From NCBI RefSeq assembly GCF_001598795.1, contig NZ_BCZP01000014.1, positions 30,001 through 62,000 of the forward strand: a stretch of 32,000 nt of DNA, given 5' to 3'. The notes beneath the pieces were generated by a model. The model did no database searches, was not told the DNA's origin, and saw only the letters and a list, made by a program, of their open reading frames with translations. Shown one piece after another: positions 8,939 through 17,805 of this stretch (position 1 is the stretch's first letter; each line of letters opens with the position of its first letter). A program made the translations under genes and the position numbers. The stretch is from Delftia acidovorans NBRC 14950. Lineage in GTDB: Bacteria > Pseudomonadota > Gammaproteobacteria > Burkholderiales > Burkholderiaceae_C.

Positions 8939-9055
8939 CACCCCCTGAGCGGCTGGCGCCGCTTCCCCCTCTCTCGCTTCGCGGGAGGGGAACGACGCCC
9001 TTGCTGCGGGGCGGCCCTTGCTCGGCGTCCCTCGCTTAGGGCACGCCAATTTCAG
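8939..9055 (+). repeat. REP-like intergenic repeat, family A, copy 2
   Basis: It starts 3 nt after the thiolase stop. Sequence: ccccctg-agcggc/tggc/gccgct hairpin (8948-8963), a cccctc..gagggg hairpin, then the core tgcggggcggccc. Confidence 0.8.
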
Positions 9056-9099
9056 GGCTGCAAACGGCTTACAACGCCACGGATTACTGGGGAATAGCA

Positions 9100-10296
9100 A
9101 TGGATTTGCAATTTACGACTGAAGAACTGGCCTTCCGCGACGAGGTTCGCGGCTTCCTCAAGGACAAGCTGCCCGAGGACCTGTCGCACAAGGTCAAGAA
9201 CGGCCTGCAACTGACCAAGCAGGACATGGAGCGCTGGCACGCCATCCTCAACGAGCGCGGCTGGCTGGCCAACCACTGGCCCGAGCAGCACGGCGGCCCG
9301 GGCTGGAGCGCGGTGCAGAAATTCATCTTCGAGCATGAATGCGCACTGGCGGGCACGCCGCGCATCGTGCCCTTCGGGCTGAGCATGCTGGGCCCCGTCC
9401 TGATCAAGTACGGCAACGAGGCGCAGAAGGCCCACTGGCTGCCGCGCATCCTCAATGGCGCCGACTGGTGGTGCCAGGGCTATTCGGAGCCGGGTTCGGG
9501 CTCGGACCTGGCCTCGGTCAAGACGTCTGCCGTGCGCGATGGAGATCACTACATCGTCAACGGCCAGAAGACCTGGACCACGCTGGGCCAGCACGCCAAC
9601 ATGATCTTCTGCCTGGTGCGCACCAATCGCGAGGCCAAGGCGCAGCAGGGCATCAGCTTCCTGCTGGTGGACATGAACTCGCCCGGCGTGGAAGTGCGCC
9701 CCATCATCACGCTGGACGGCGAGCACGAGGTCAACGAAGTCTTCTTCACCGACGTCAAGGTGCCCGTGGAGAACCTGGTCGGCGAAGAGAACAAGGGCTG
9801 GACCTACGCCAAGTACCTGCTGACTTACGAGCGCACCAACATCGCGGGCGTGGGCTTCTCGGTGGCCGGCCTGGAAAAGCTCAAGGCCGTCGCCGGCCGC
9901 ATGCTGCGCAATGGCAAGCCGCTGACCCAGGACCCGCTGTTTGCGGCCCGCCTGGCCAAGGTCGAGATCGACCTGGAGAACATGAAGACCACCAACCTGC
10001 GCGTGATCGCCGCCGTGGCCGGCGGCGGCGTGCCGGGCGCCGAAAGCTCCATGCTCAAGATCCGCGGCACCGAGATCCGCCAGGAAATCCTGTCCCTGGT
10101 GCGCCGCGCCATGGGACCCTACGCCGCGCCCTTCATCGAAGAGGCCCTGCAGGCCGGCTACGACCAGCCCGCCATCGGCGACGCGGCTGCCGCCACGGCC
10201 GCCGCCGCGTACTTCAACTACCGCAAGCTGTCGATCTTCGGCGGCTCCAACGAAATCCAGAAGAACATCATCTCCAAGATGATCTTGGGCCTGTGA
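9100..10296 (+). CDS. acyl-CoA dehydrogenase family protein (PimC-like large subunit?)
   Basis: ACAD fold: MDLQFTTEELAFRDEVRGFL, WCQGYSEPGSGSDLAS and the C-terminal GGSNEIQKNIISK. Confidence 0.85.
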   Translation: MDLQFTTEELAFRDEVRGFLKDKLPEDLSHKVKNGLQLTKQDMERWHAILNERGWLANHWPEQHGGPGWSAVQKFIFEHECALAGTPRIVPFGLSMLGPVLIKYGNEAQKAHWLPRILNGADWWCQGYSEPGSGSDLASVKTSAVRDGDHYIVNGQKTWTTLGQHANMIFCLVRTNREAKAQQGISFLLVDMNSPGVEVRPIITLDGEHEVNEVFFTDVKVPVENLVGEENKGWTYAKYLLTYERTNIAGVGFSVAGLEKLKAVAGRMLRNGKPLTQDPLFAARLAKVEIDLENMKTTNLRVIAAVAGGGVPGAESSMLKIRGTEIRQEILSLVRRAMGPYAAPFIEEALQAGYDQPAIGDAAAATAAAAYFNYRKLSIFGGSNEIQKNIISKMILGL

Positions 10297-10318
10297 TCGG
10301 CAGCAAGGAAAACGGAAC

Positions 10319-11455
10319 ATGAACTTCGAACACACCGAAGACCGCCGCATGCTGGCGGACAGCCTCAACCGCTTCGTCTCCGAGCAGTACGCCATCGAGG
10401 CGCGCAACCACGTCGCCTATGGCGAGGAAGGCCACAGCCCGCTGCTGTACGGGCAGTTCGCGGACATCGGCGCCATCGGCGCGCTGTTCCCCGAGGACGC
10501 TGGCGGCTTCGGCGGCCAGGGCTTCGACATCAGCGTGGTCTTCGAATGCCTGGGCCGCGGCCTGGTGGCCGAGCCGCTGCTGGGCGCCCTGGTCGTGGGC
10601 CAGGCTCTGATCGCGGCCGGCAGCGATGCGCAAAAGGAACAGCTGGCAGCCATCATCGGCGGCACGTCCATCGCGGCCCTGGCCCATGACGAGCCCGGCA
10701 GCCACTACGAGCTCAACAACGTCGCCACCACGGCCGTGCGCAGCGGCGACGGCTGGGTGCTGAACGGCGCCAAGGGCGTGGTCGCCTTCGGCGAGAAGGC
10801 CGATCTGCTGCTGGTCTCGGCCCGCACCTCGGGCAGCCAGTACGACGAGGCCGGCATCAGCCTGTTCCTGGTCCCCGGCAATGCCGCAGGCATCCAAAAG
10901 CGCGGCTACAACCGCATCGAGGGCGGCCGCGCGGCCGAGCTGGTGCTGGACAAGGTGCAGGTCGGCGCAGACGCCCTGCTGGGCGAAGAAGGCCGGGGCC
11001 TGTCCCTGCTGGAACGTGTCAGCGGCTACGCCGTGCTGGCGCTGACCGCCGAGGCCGTGGGCGCCATGGACGTGGCCAAGGACCAGACGCTGGAGTACCT
11101 GCGCACGCGCAAGCAGTTCGGCGTGCCCATCGGCAGCTTCCAGGCCCTGCAGCACCGCATGGCCGACCTGCTGCTGGAAGTGGAGCAGGCGCGCTCGGCC
11201 GTGATCAACGCGGCCGCCGCCATTGCGGACGAAGACCGCGTGGCGCGAGAGAAAGCCCTGTCGGCCGCCAAGTACAGCATCGGCCGCATCGGCACCCTGG
11301 TGGCCGAGGAAAGCATCCAGATGCATGGCGGCATCGGCATGACCTGGGAGCTGCCCCTGGCCCACTACGCCAAGCGCCTGGTCATGATCGACCACCAGTT
11401 CGGCGACGAGGACCACCATCTGTCGCGTTACATCGCACTCGGCTCGCAACACTGA
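10319..11455 (+). CDS. acyl-CoA dehydrogenase family protein (PimD-like small subunit?)
   Basis: ACAD-like: RKQFGVPIGSFQALQHRMADL and QMHGGIGMTWE. It starts 22 nt after the preceding ACAD gene. Confidence 0.85.
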   Translation: MNFEHTEDRRMLADSLNRFVSEQYAIEARNHVAYGEEGHSPLLYGQFADIGAIGALFPEDAGGFGGQGFDISVVFECLGRGLVAEPLLGALVVGQALIAAGSDAQKEQLAAIIGGTSIAALAHDEPGSHYELNNVATTAVRSGDGWVLNGAKGVVAFGEKADLLLVSARTSGSQYDEAGISLFLVPGNAAGIQKRGYNRIEGGRAAELVLDKVQVGADALLGEEGRGLSLLERVSGYAVLALTAEAVGAMDVAKDQTLEYLRTRKQFGVPIGSFQALQHRMADLLLEVEQARSAVINAAAAIADEDRVAREKALSAAKYSIGRIGTLVAEESIQMHGGIGMTWELPLAHYAKRLVMIDHQFGDEDHHLSRYIALGSQH

Positions 11456-11471
11456 GCCAAGGAAAGCCGCC

Positions 11472-12272
11472 ATGACCGAAGCGAACCAAGTCCTGCTGAT
11501 CCGCCGCGAAGGCGCCGTGCTGGTGCTGTCCAACAACAACGTGGCCGCGCGCAATGCGCTGTCGCCCGAGTTCTACGCGGCCGTCTCGGCGGCGCTCAAG
11601 AGCGCGGCGACCGACCCCACCGTGGGCGCCGTGGTGCTCACGGGCGAGGGCGGCCACTTCTGCGCGGGCGGCGACCTGCGCCAGCTGGCCAAGCGCCGCG
11701 AGCTGCCGGTGCAGGAGCGACGCGCCAAGCTTGAAGGCCTGCATGACCTGATCCGCAGCGTGCGCGACTTTCCGAAGCCCGTGATCGCCGCGGTCGAAGG
11801 CGCGGCGGCCGGCGCGGGCCTGTCGCTGGCCCTGGCCTGCGACATGCTGGTGGCGGCGAAGAACGCCGTGTTCTCGGTCGCCTACGTCAAGGTCGGCCTC
11901 ACGCCCGATGGCGGCGCCACCGCCTTCCTGGCCGAGTTCGTCTCGCGCCAGGTGCTGACCGAGCTGTGCCTGACCGGCGAGCGCATCAGCGGCGAGCGCC
12001 TGCATGCCCTGGGCCCCGTCAACCGCCTGTCCGAACCGGGCCAGGCCCAGGCCGACGCCGTGGCGCTGGCCGCCCAGGTGGCCACCGGCCCCGACCAGGC
12101 CATGGCCCTGATCAAGGACCTGTGCCGCCAGGCGCCGCGCAACACGCTGGAAGAGCAGCTGGAGCTGGAGGCGCAGTACATGGTGCGCTCGCAGGAGAGC
12201 GAGGAATCGCGCGAAGGCATTGGCGCCTTCCTCGAAAAGCGCGCTGCCGACTTCACCAAGCTGCGCGGCTGA
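11472..12272 (+). CDS. enoyl-CoA hydratase/isomerase (crotonase) family protein
   Basis: GEGGHFCAGGDL oxyanion-hole motif, PVIAAVEGAAAGAGLSLALACD and the C-terminal EGIGAFLEKR. Confidence 0.85.
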   Translation: MTEANQVLLIRREGAVLVLSNNNVAARNALSPEFYAAVSAALKSAATDPTVGAVVLTGEGGHFCAGGDLRQLAKRRELPVQERRAKLEGLHDLIRSVRDFPKPVIAAVEGAAAGAGLSLALACDMLVAAKNAVFSVAYVKVGLTPDGGATAFLAEFVSRQVLTELCLTGERISGERLHALGPVNRLSEPGQAQADAVALAAQVATGPDQAMALIKDLCRQAPRNTLEEQLELEAQYMVRSQESEESREGIGAFLEKRAADFTKLRG

Positions 12273-12314
12273 AACCGCTCAAGACCTAAAAGACTTTCCA
12301 AGGAGACAACGCAC

Positions 12315-13571
12315 ATGGCCGACAGCCACAACGATCAGAACCAGGACATCGACTTCCCGCTGGAGGGTGTGCGCGTGCTCGACCTCTCGCGCGTGTTCGC
12401 GGGGCCGCTGTGCGGCATGGTGCTGGCCGACTTCGGCGCCGAAGTGGTCAAGGTCGAGCACCCGGGCCGCGGCGACGACACGCGCGACTGGGGCCTGCGC
12501 ATCGGCAAGACCGAGACCACCTACTACAACAGCATGAACCGCAACAAGCGGTCCATCACGCTGGACCTGCAGACCCCCGAGGGCGTGAAGATCGTCCACG
12601 ACCTGCTGCCCCAGTTCGACGTGGTCATCCACAACTTCAAGACCGGCGGCGCCGAGAAGCTGGGCCTGGGCTACGAGCAGCTCAAGGCCATCAAGCCCGG
12701 CATCATCTACTGCGCCGTGGCCGGCTATGACAGCAGCGGCCCCGAGGCCAAGCGCCCCGGCTACGACCTGGTCATCCAGGGCGAGGCCGGCCTCATGGCG
12801 CTCAACGGCGAGGCCGGCACGCCGCCGCTCAAGTTCGGCGTGGCCGTGGTCGATCTCATGACCGGCATGTACGCGGCCCAGGCCATCCTGGCCGCGCTGT
12901 TCCGCCGCGAGCGCACGGGCAAGGGCCGCCTCATCGAGATGGCGCTGTACGACAGCGGCATCATGATCACCGGCTACTACGGCCTGGATGCCATGCAGCT
13001 CGGCCATGACCCCGAGCGCTACGGCAATGCCCACCCCTCCATCGTTCCCTACGGCATGTATGAGGCGGCCGACGGCCCGCTGATCATCGCCGTGGGCAAC
13101 AACGCCCAGTTCGACAAGTTCTGCCGCCAGGTGGTGATGCGCCCCGACATCGTCGAGGACGAGCGTTTCTCCACCAACGTCAACCGCGCCAAGAACCGCC
13201 TGGAGCTGGGCCCCATGCTCAAGGAACTGATCCGCTCCTTCCCGCGCGATCTGCTGCTGGAGCGCCTGACGGCCGCCGGCATCCCCTGCGGCCGCGTGGC
13301 CGGCCTGCACGAGGCCCTGACCAGCGAGCGTACGCGCCGTGGCGGCCTGCTGCAGGACATGCCCCACCCCGTGGTCGGCACCACGCCCGTGTTCGCGCCG
13401 CCCTACCGCCTGGACGGCCAGCGCCTGCCCATCCGCCATGCACCGCCCACGCTGGGCGAGGGCACGCGCGAGGTGCTGCACCGGCTGCTGAGCATGAGCG
13501 ACGAGCAGCTGCAGCAGCTGCAGTCCAAGGGCGTGCTGACCCTGCCCGAGACCCCCGCGCAACAGGGATAA
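12315..13571 (+). CDS. CaiB/BaiF family III CoA-transferase
   Basis: GVRVLDLSRVFAGPLCGMVLADFGAEVVKVE ... GYDLVIQGEAGLM is typical of family III CoA-transferases. Confidence 0.85.
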   Translation: MADSHNDQNQDIDFPLEGVRVLDLSRVFAGPLCGMVLADFGAEVVKVEHPGRGDDTRDWGLRIGKTETTYYNSMNRNKRSITLDLQTPEGVKIVHDLLPQFDVVIHNFKTGGAEKLGLGYEQLKAIKPGIIYCAVAGYDSSGPEAKRPGYDLVIQGEAGLMALNGEAGTPPLKFGVAVVDLMTGMYAAQAILAALFRRERTGKGRLIEMALYDSGIMITGYYGLDAMQLGHDPERYGNAHPSIVPYGMYEAADGPLIIAVGNNAQFDKFCRQVVMRPDIVEDERFSTNVNRAKNRLELGPMLKELIRSFPRDLLLERLTAAGIPCGRVAGLHEALTSERTRRGGLLQDMPHPVVGTTPVFAPPYRLDGQRLPIRHAPPTLGEGTREVLHRLLSMSDEQLQQLQSKGVLTLPETPAQQG

Positions 13572-13689
13572 GAGGACCGATCACGCGACTGATTCCACGG
13601 GGGCCATTGATGCCCGGCCCCCGACCCGCCAGGTTTGCATGCCGCACCAAGACGGCACCCATAGACAGCAATACCCAGGAGACAAAACC

Positions 13690-14709
13690 ATGAGCAACCA
13701 AGTCACACGCCGCGACATTCTTCAAGGGCTGGCCGCCATCGGCGGCACCAGCCTGCTGGCCACGGGCGCCACCAGCGCCCTCGCACAGGCCGGCAAGCCG
13801 GCAGCGTGGCCCACCAAGCCCATCCGCGTGGTCGTGCCCTTCAACGCGGGCGGCGCCACCGACATCATTGCGCGCACCATCGGCGAGGCCCTGGCCAGGC
13901 GCGTGGGCCAGCCCGTGGTCATCGACAACCGCGCGGGCGCGGCCGGCATCCTGGGCACGGACGCCGTGGTCAAGGCGCCCGCCGATGGCCACACCCTGCT
14001 GGTCTCGCTCAGCACCTCCATGCTGATCAACCAGTTCCTCTATACCAAGCTGCCCTACAACCCGCAAAAGGACATCGCCCTGATCACCCAGATCGCGGCG
14101 GCGCCCGTCACCCTGGTGGTCCATCCCTCGGTGCCGGCCAACAACATGAAGGAGCTGCTGGCCTACGTGAAGGCCAACAAGGGCAAGCTCTCGTACGGCT
14201 CCTGGGGCGTGGGCTCGTATGCCCACCTGGCCGGTGCCTACATGAGCAAGACCATGGACGCCGACATGACCCACGCCGCCTACAAGGGCGAGGCGCCCAT
14301 GATCCAGGAGCTGATCGGCGGCCAGCTGCAGATGTGCTTTTCCAGCGCCCTCAACACCAAGCCCTTCATCGACTCGGGCAAGCTCAAGGCCATCGGCGTC
14401 ACGGGCAAGGAGCGCATGGAAATCCTGCCCAAGCTGCCCACCATCCATGAACAGGGCGTCACCGACGACGCCTATGCCATCTACGGCTGGGTGGCCATGG
14501 GCGCGCCGGCCGGCGTGCCCAAGGAGATCGTGGACCAGCTCTACGGCCACCTGCGCGAAATCGCCAAGGACCCCAAGGTGCTGGAGCGCACCGTGGGCGC
14601 AGGCTTCATGCCGCTGATGAACAGCCCGCAGGCCTTCCGCGAGAACTACCAGCGCGACATGCCGATCTGGAAGGCGCTGGTGGAGGAAGCCGGCGCGAAG
14701 CTTGATTGA
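13690..14709 (+). CDS. Bug/TctC-family tripartite tricarboxylate transporter substrate-binding protein (1 of 4)
   Basis: ORF 13639..14709 trimmed to ATG 13690, after AGGAGA. It has a Tat-like signal (TRRDILQGLAAIGG), then WPTKPIRVVVPFNAGGATD and AAYKGEAPM. Confidence 0.85.
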   Translation: MSNQVTRRDILQGLAAIGGTSLLATGATSALAQAGKPAAWPTKPIRVVVPFNAGGATDIIARTIGEALARRVGQPVVIDNRAGAAGILGTDAVVKAPADGHTLLVSLSTSMLINQFLYTKLPYNPQKDIALITQIAAAPVTLVVHPSVPANNMKELLAYVKANKGKLSYGSWGVGSYAHLAGAYMSKTMDADMTHAAYKGEAPMIQELIGGQLQMCFSSALNTKPFIDSGKLKAIGVTGKERMEILPKLPTIHEQGVTDDAYAIYGWVAMGAPAGVPKEIVDQLYGHLREIAKDPKVLERTVGAGFMPLMNSPQAFRENYQRDMPIWKALVEEAGAKLD

Positions 14710-14815
14710 ACCCCCTGAGTCGCTTCGCGCCTTCCCCCTGAAAGGGGGACGACACCCTCGGTGCGGGGCGGCCCTTCCTCGGTGTCCCTGGGGTTGGGCT
14801 GCGCCGGTTTCATGG
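14709..14815 (+). repeat. REP-like intergenic repeat, family A, copy 3
   Basis: It starts at the stop of the Bug gene. Sequence: ccccctgagtcgcttcgcgccttccccctgaaagggggacgacaccctcggtgcggggcggcccttcctcggtgtccctgggg. The second hairpin is shortened to cccccT-gaa-Aggggg. Confidence 0.8.
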
Positions 14816-14923
14816 ACTGCAGGCGGCGCGAGCGCCATGGATAGCTGATATGACTGGATTTTTCCGGCCCGCGGTAGCGGGCCGCCACCGACGACTGCTG
14901 AGACAGCTTTGAGAGGAGACTTC

Positions 14924-15937
14924 ATGTACACGCGCAATCCCGCATCCCCGGCACGCCCCACGCGGCGCAGCGTTCTGGCCCTGGCCGCAGCCCCGCTGCT
15001 GGCCGGCCTGGCCGGCGGCGCCCTGGCCGAGACCGGCTGGCCCAGCAAGATGCTGCGGCTGGTCGTGCCCTTCCCGGCGGGCGGCCCCACCGACACGGCA
15101 TCGCGCATCGTGGGCCAGAAGCTGGGCGAGCGTCTCAAGCAGACCGTGGTGGTGGAAAACCGCCCTGGCGCCTCCGGCTCCATCGCGGCCGTGCAGGTCG
15201 CCAAGAGCCCGGCCGACGGCTACACGCTGATGATGCTGGCCACGCCCACGCTGCTGGCGCCTCACCTGTACAAGAAGGCCGGCTACGACACCGTCAAGGA
15301 CTTCACGCCCGTGGCCACGGTCTATGACCTGCCCATCGTCATCGTGGTCAACCCCACGCTGCTGCCCGACGTCACCGACCTCAAGAGCCTGATCGCCCAC
15401 GCCAAGGCGCAGAAAGTCGCGCTCAACTACACCAGCTCGGGCGCCGGCAGCTTCGGCCACCTGAGCATGGAGCTGCTCAAGCAGATGGCCGGCTTCGACA
15501 TGCAGCACGTGCCCTACAAGGGCGGCGTGCCCGCCATCACCGACACCATCGGCGGCCAGGTGCCCATCATGTATGCCGACCTCGTGGCCGCGCTGCCCCA
15601 CATCCAGGCCGGCAAGCTGCGCGCCATCGCCGTGGGGTCGCCCCAGCGCGTGGCCATGTTGCCCGACACCAAGACCATTGCCGAGCAGGGCATCAAGGGC
15701 TACGACGCCGTCTCCTGGGGCGGCCTGCTGGCGCCCAAGGGCACGCCCAAGGCCGTGGTCGACCGCATCGCCAGCGAAGTGCAGCAGATCCTGGCCGACA
15801 AGGACATCCAGGAAAAGCTGCTCAACGCAGGCGCCATCGCCGCCTACCAGAACCCCGCCCAGCTGGGCCAGCGCATCCAGCAGGACTACACGCGCTGGGG
15901 CCAGCTGATCCGCGACAAGGGCATTGCAGTGGAGTGA
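14924..15937 (+). CDS. Bug/TctC-family substrate-binding protein (2 of 4)
   Basis: ATG 14924 follows GAGGAGA. Signal peptide ...AGGALA, then WPSKMLRLVVPFPAGGPTD and VPYKGGVPA. Confidence 0.85.
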   Translation: MYTRNPASPARPTRRSVLALAAAPLLAGLAGGALAETGWPSKMLRLVVPFPAGGPTDTASRIVGQKLGERLKQTVVVENRPGASGSIAAVQVAKSPADGYTLMMLATPTLLAPHLYKKAGYDTVKDFTPVATVYDLPIVIVVNPTLLPDVTDLKSLIAHAKAQKVALNYTSSGAGSFGHLSMELLKQMAGFDMQHVPYKGGVPAITDTIGGQVPIMYADLVAALPHIQAGKLRAIAVGSPQRVAMLPDTKTIAEQGIKGYDAVSWGGLLAPKGTPKAVVDRIASEVQQILADKDIQEKLLNAGAIAAYQNPAQLGQRIQQDYTRWGQLIRDKGIAVE

Positions 15938-15944
15938 CATCGAC

Positions 15945-16919
15945 ATGAAGACACGCATCACCGAACTCTTTGGCATCGAGCACCCCATCATCCAGGGCGG
16001 CATGCACCATGTGGGCCTGGCCGAACTGGCCGCCGCCGTCTCCAACGCGGGCGGCCTGGGGCTGATCACGGGCCTGACCCAGCGCACGCCCGAACTGCTG
16101 GCGCGCGAGATCGCGCGCTGCCGAGAGATGACGGACAAGCCCTTCGGCGTCAACCTGACCTTCCTGCCCTCGGTCAACCCGCCCGACTACCCCGGCTACG
16201 TCAAGGCCATCATCGAAGGCGGCGTCAAGGTCGTGGAGACGGCGGGCAACAACCCGCAGAAATGGCTGCCCGCGCTCAAGGAAGCCGGCATCAAGGTCAT
16301 CCACAAGTGCACCTCGGTGCGCCATGCGCTCAAGGCCGAGGCCATCGGCTGCGACGCCATCAGCGTGGACGGCTTCGAATGCGGCGGCCATCCGGGCGAG
16401 GACGACATCCCCAATTTCATCCTGCTGCCGCGCGCGGCCGAAGAACTGAAGATTCCCTTCGTCGCCTCGGGCGGCATGGCCGACGGCCGCTCGCTTGTGG
16501 CTGCGCTGGCTCTGGGCGCCGAGGGCATCAACATGGGCACGCGCTTCATCGCCACCCAGGAAGCGCCCGTGCACGACAACGTCAAGCAGGCCATCGTCGC
16601 GGCCAGCGAGCTGGATACGCGCCTGGTCATGCGTCCGCTGCGCAACACCGAGCGCGTGCTGACCAACCCGGCCACCGAGCGCCTGCTGCAAAAGGAGCGC
16701 GAGCTGGGCGCGGCCATCACCTTTGCCGACATCGCGCCCGAGGTGGCCGGCGTCTATCCGCGCATCATGCATGACGGCGACATGGACGCAGGCGTCTGGT
16801 CCTGTGGCATGGTGGCCGGCCTGATCCACGACGTGCCCACGGTCCAGCAGCTGATCTCCGGCATCATGGACCAGGCCCATGCACTGATCAACGAGCGGTT
16901 GGCCGGCCTGGCCCGCTGA
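15945..16919 (+). CDS. nitronate monooxygenase / FabK-like FMN oxidoreductase family protein
   Basis: ORF 15924..16919 trimmed to ATG 15945 (MKTRITELFGIEHPIIQGGM). It has GGHPGEDDI and ASGGMADGRS, typical of the NMO (2-nitropropane dioxygenase) TIM-barrel family. Confidence 0.8.
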   Translation: MKTRITELFGIEHPIIQGGMHHVGLAELAAAVSNAGGLGLITGLTQRTPELLAREIARCREMTDKPFGVNLTFLPSVNPPDYPGYVKAIIEGGVKVVETAGNNPQKWLPALKEAGIKVIHKCTSVRHALKAEAIGCDAISVDGFECGGHPGEDDIPNFILLPRAAEELKIPFVASGGMADGRSLVAALALGAEGINMGTRFIATQEAPVHDNVKQAIVAASELDTRLVMRPLRNTERVLTNPATERLLQKERELGAAITFADIAPEVAGVYPRIMHDGDMDAGVWSCGMVAGLIHDVPTVQQLISGIMDQAHALINERLAGLAR

Positions 16920-16975
16920 CCGCCCATCTTCACAGGGCTTACGCAAACAGGATGCGACAACGTGCTGCGCCCCAT

Positions 16976-17002
16976 GGCAAGCCGCTTGCCTTGTTCCTTC
17001 TT
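16976..17002 (+). terminator. hairpin plus T-rich tract downstream of the NMO-like gene
   Basis: ggcaag-ccg-cttgcc (16976-16990) is followed by ttgttccttctt. It is nested inside a 9-bp inverted repeat, cttacgcaa (16939-16947) / ttgcgtaag (17001-17009). Confidence 0.45.
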
Positions 17003-17041
17003 GCGTAAGTCGTACTTCAAAAACCAGGAAAGAGCTTTCTC

Positions 17042-17791
17042 ATGAAAATCCTTGTACCCGTCAAACGTGTCGTGGACTACAACGTGAAGGTCCGCGTGAA
17101 GTCGGACGGCACGGGCGTGGACATCGCCAACGTCAAGATGAGCATGAACCCCTTTGACGAAATTGCCGTCGAAGAAGCCGTTCGCCTCAAGGAAAAGGGC
17201 GTGGCCACCGAAGTCATCGCCGTCTCCTGCGGCGTGGCCCAGTGCCAGGAAACCCTGCGCACGGCCATGGCCATCGGTGCCGACCGCGGCATCCTGGTGG
17301 AGACCACAGAGGAGCTGCAGCCCCTGGCCGTCGCCAAGCTGCTCAAGGCCCTGGTGGACAAGGAACAGCCCGGCCTGATCATCCTGGGCAAGCAGGCCAT
17401 CGACGACGATGCCAACCAGACCGGCCAGATGCTGGCGGCCCTGGCCGACCTGCCGCAAGCCACCTTCGCCTCCAAGGTCGAAGTCGCTGGCGACAAGGTG
17501 AATGTCACGCGTGAAGTGGACGGCGGCCTGGAAACCCTGGCCCTGAGCCTGCCGGCCGTCATCACCACCGACCTGCGCCTGAACGAGCCGCGCTACGTCA
17601 CGCTGCCCAACATCATGAAGGCCAAGAAAAAGCAGTTGGACACCGTCAAGCCTGAAGAGCTGGGCGTGGATGTGGCCCCGCGCCTGAAGACGCTCAAGGT
17701 GGCCGAGCCCGCCAAGCGCGGCGCTGGTGTCAAGGTGCCCGATGTGGCGACCCTGGTCAGCAAGCTCAAGAACGAAGCCAAGGTCATCTAA
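17042..17791 (+). CDS. etfB: electron transfer flavoprotein subunit beta
   Basis: [23 protein letters not shown] ... [21 protein letters not shown] are canonical EtfB motifs. Confidence 0.92.
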   Translation: MKILVPVKRVVDYNVKVRVKSDGTGVDIANVKMSMNPFDEIAVEEAVRLKEKGVATEVIAVSCGVAQCQETLRTAMAIGADRGILVETTEELQPLAVAKLLKALVDKEQPGLIILGKQAIDDDANQTGQMLAALADLPQATFASKVEVAGDKVNVTREVDGGLETLALSLPAVITTDLRLNEPRYVTLPNIMKAKKKQLDTVKPEELGVDVAPRLKTLKVAEPAKRGAGVKVPDVATLVSKLKNEAKVI

Positions 17792-17805
17792 AGGAATTCG
17801 CAGAC

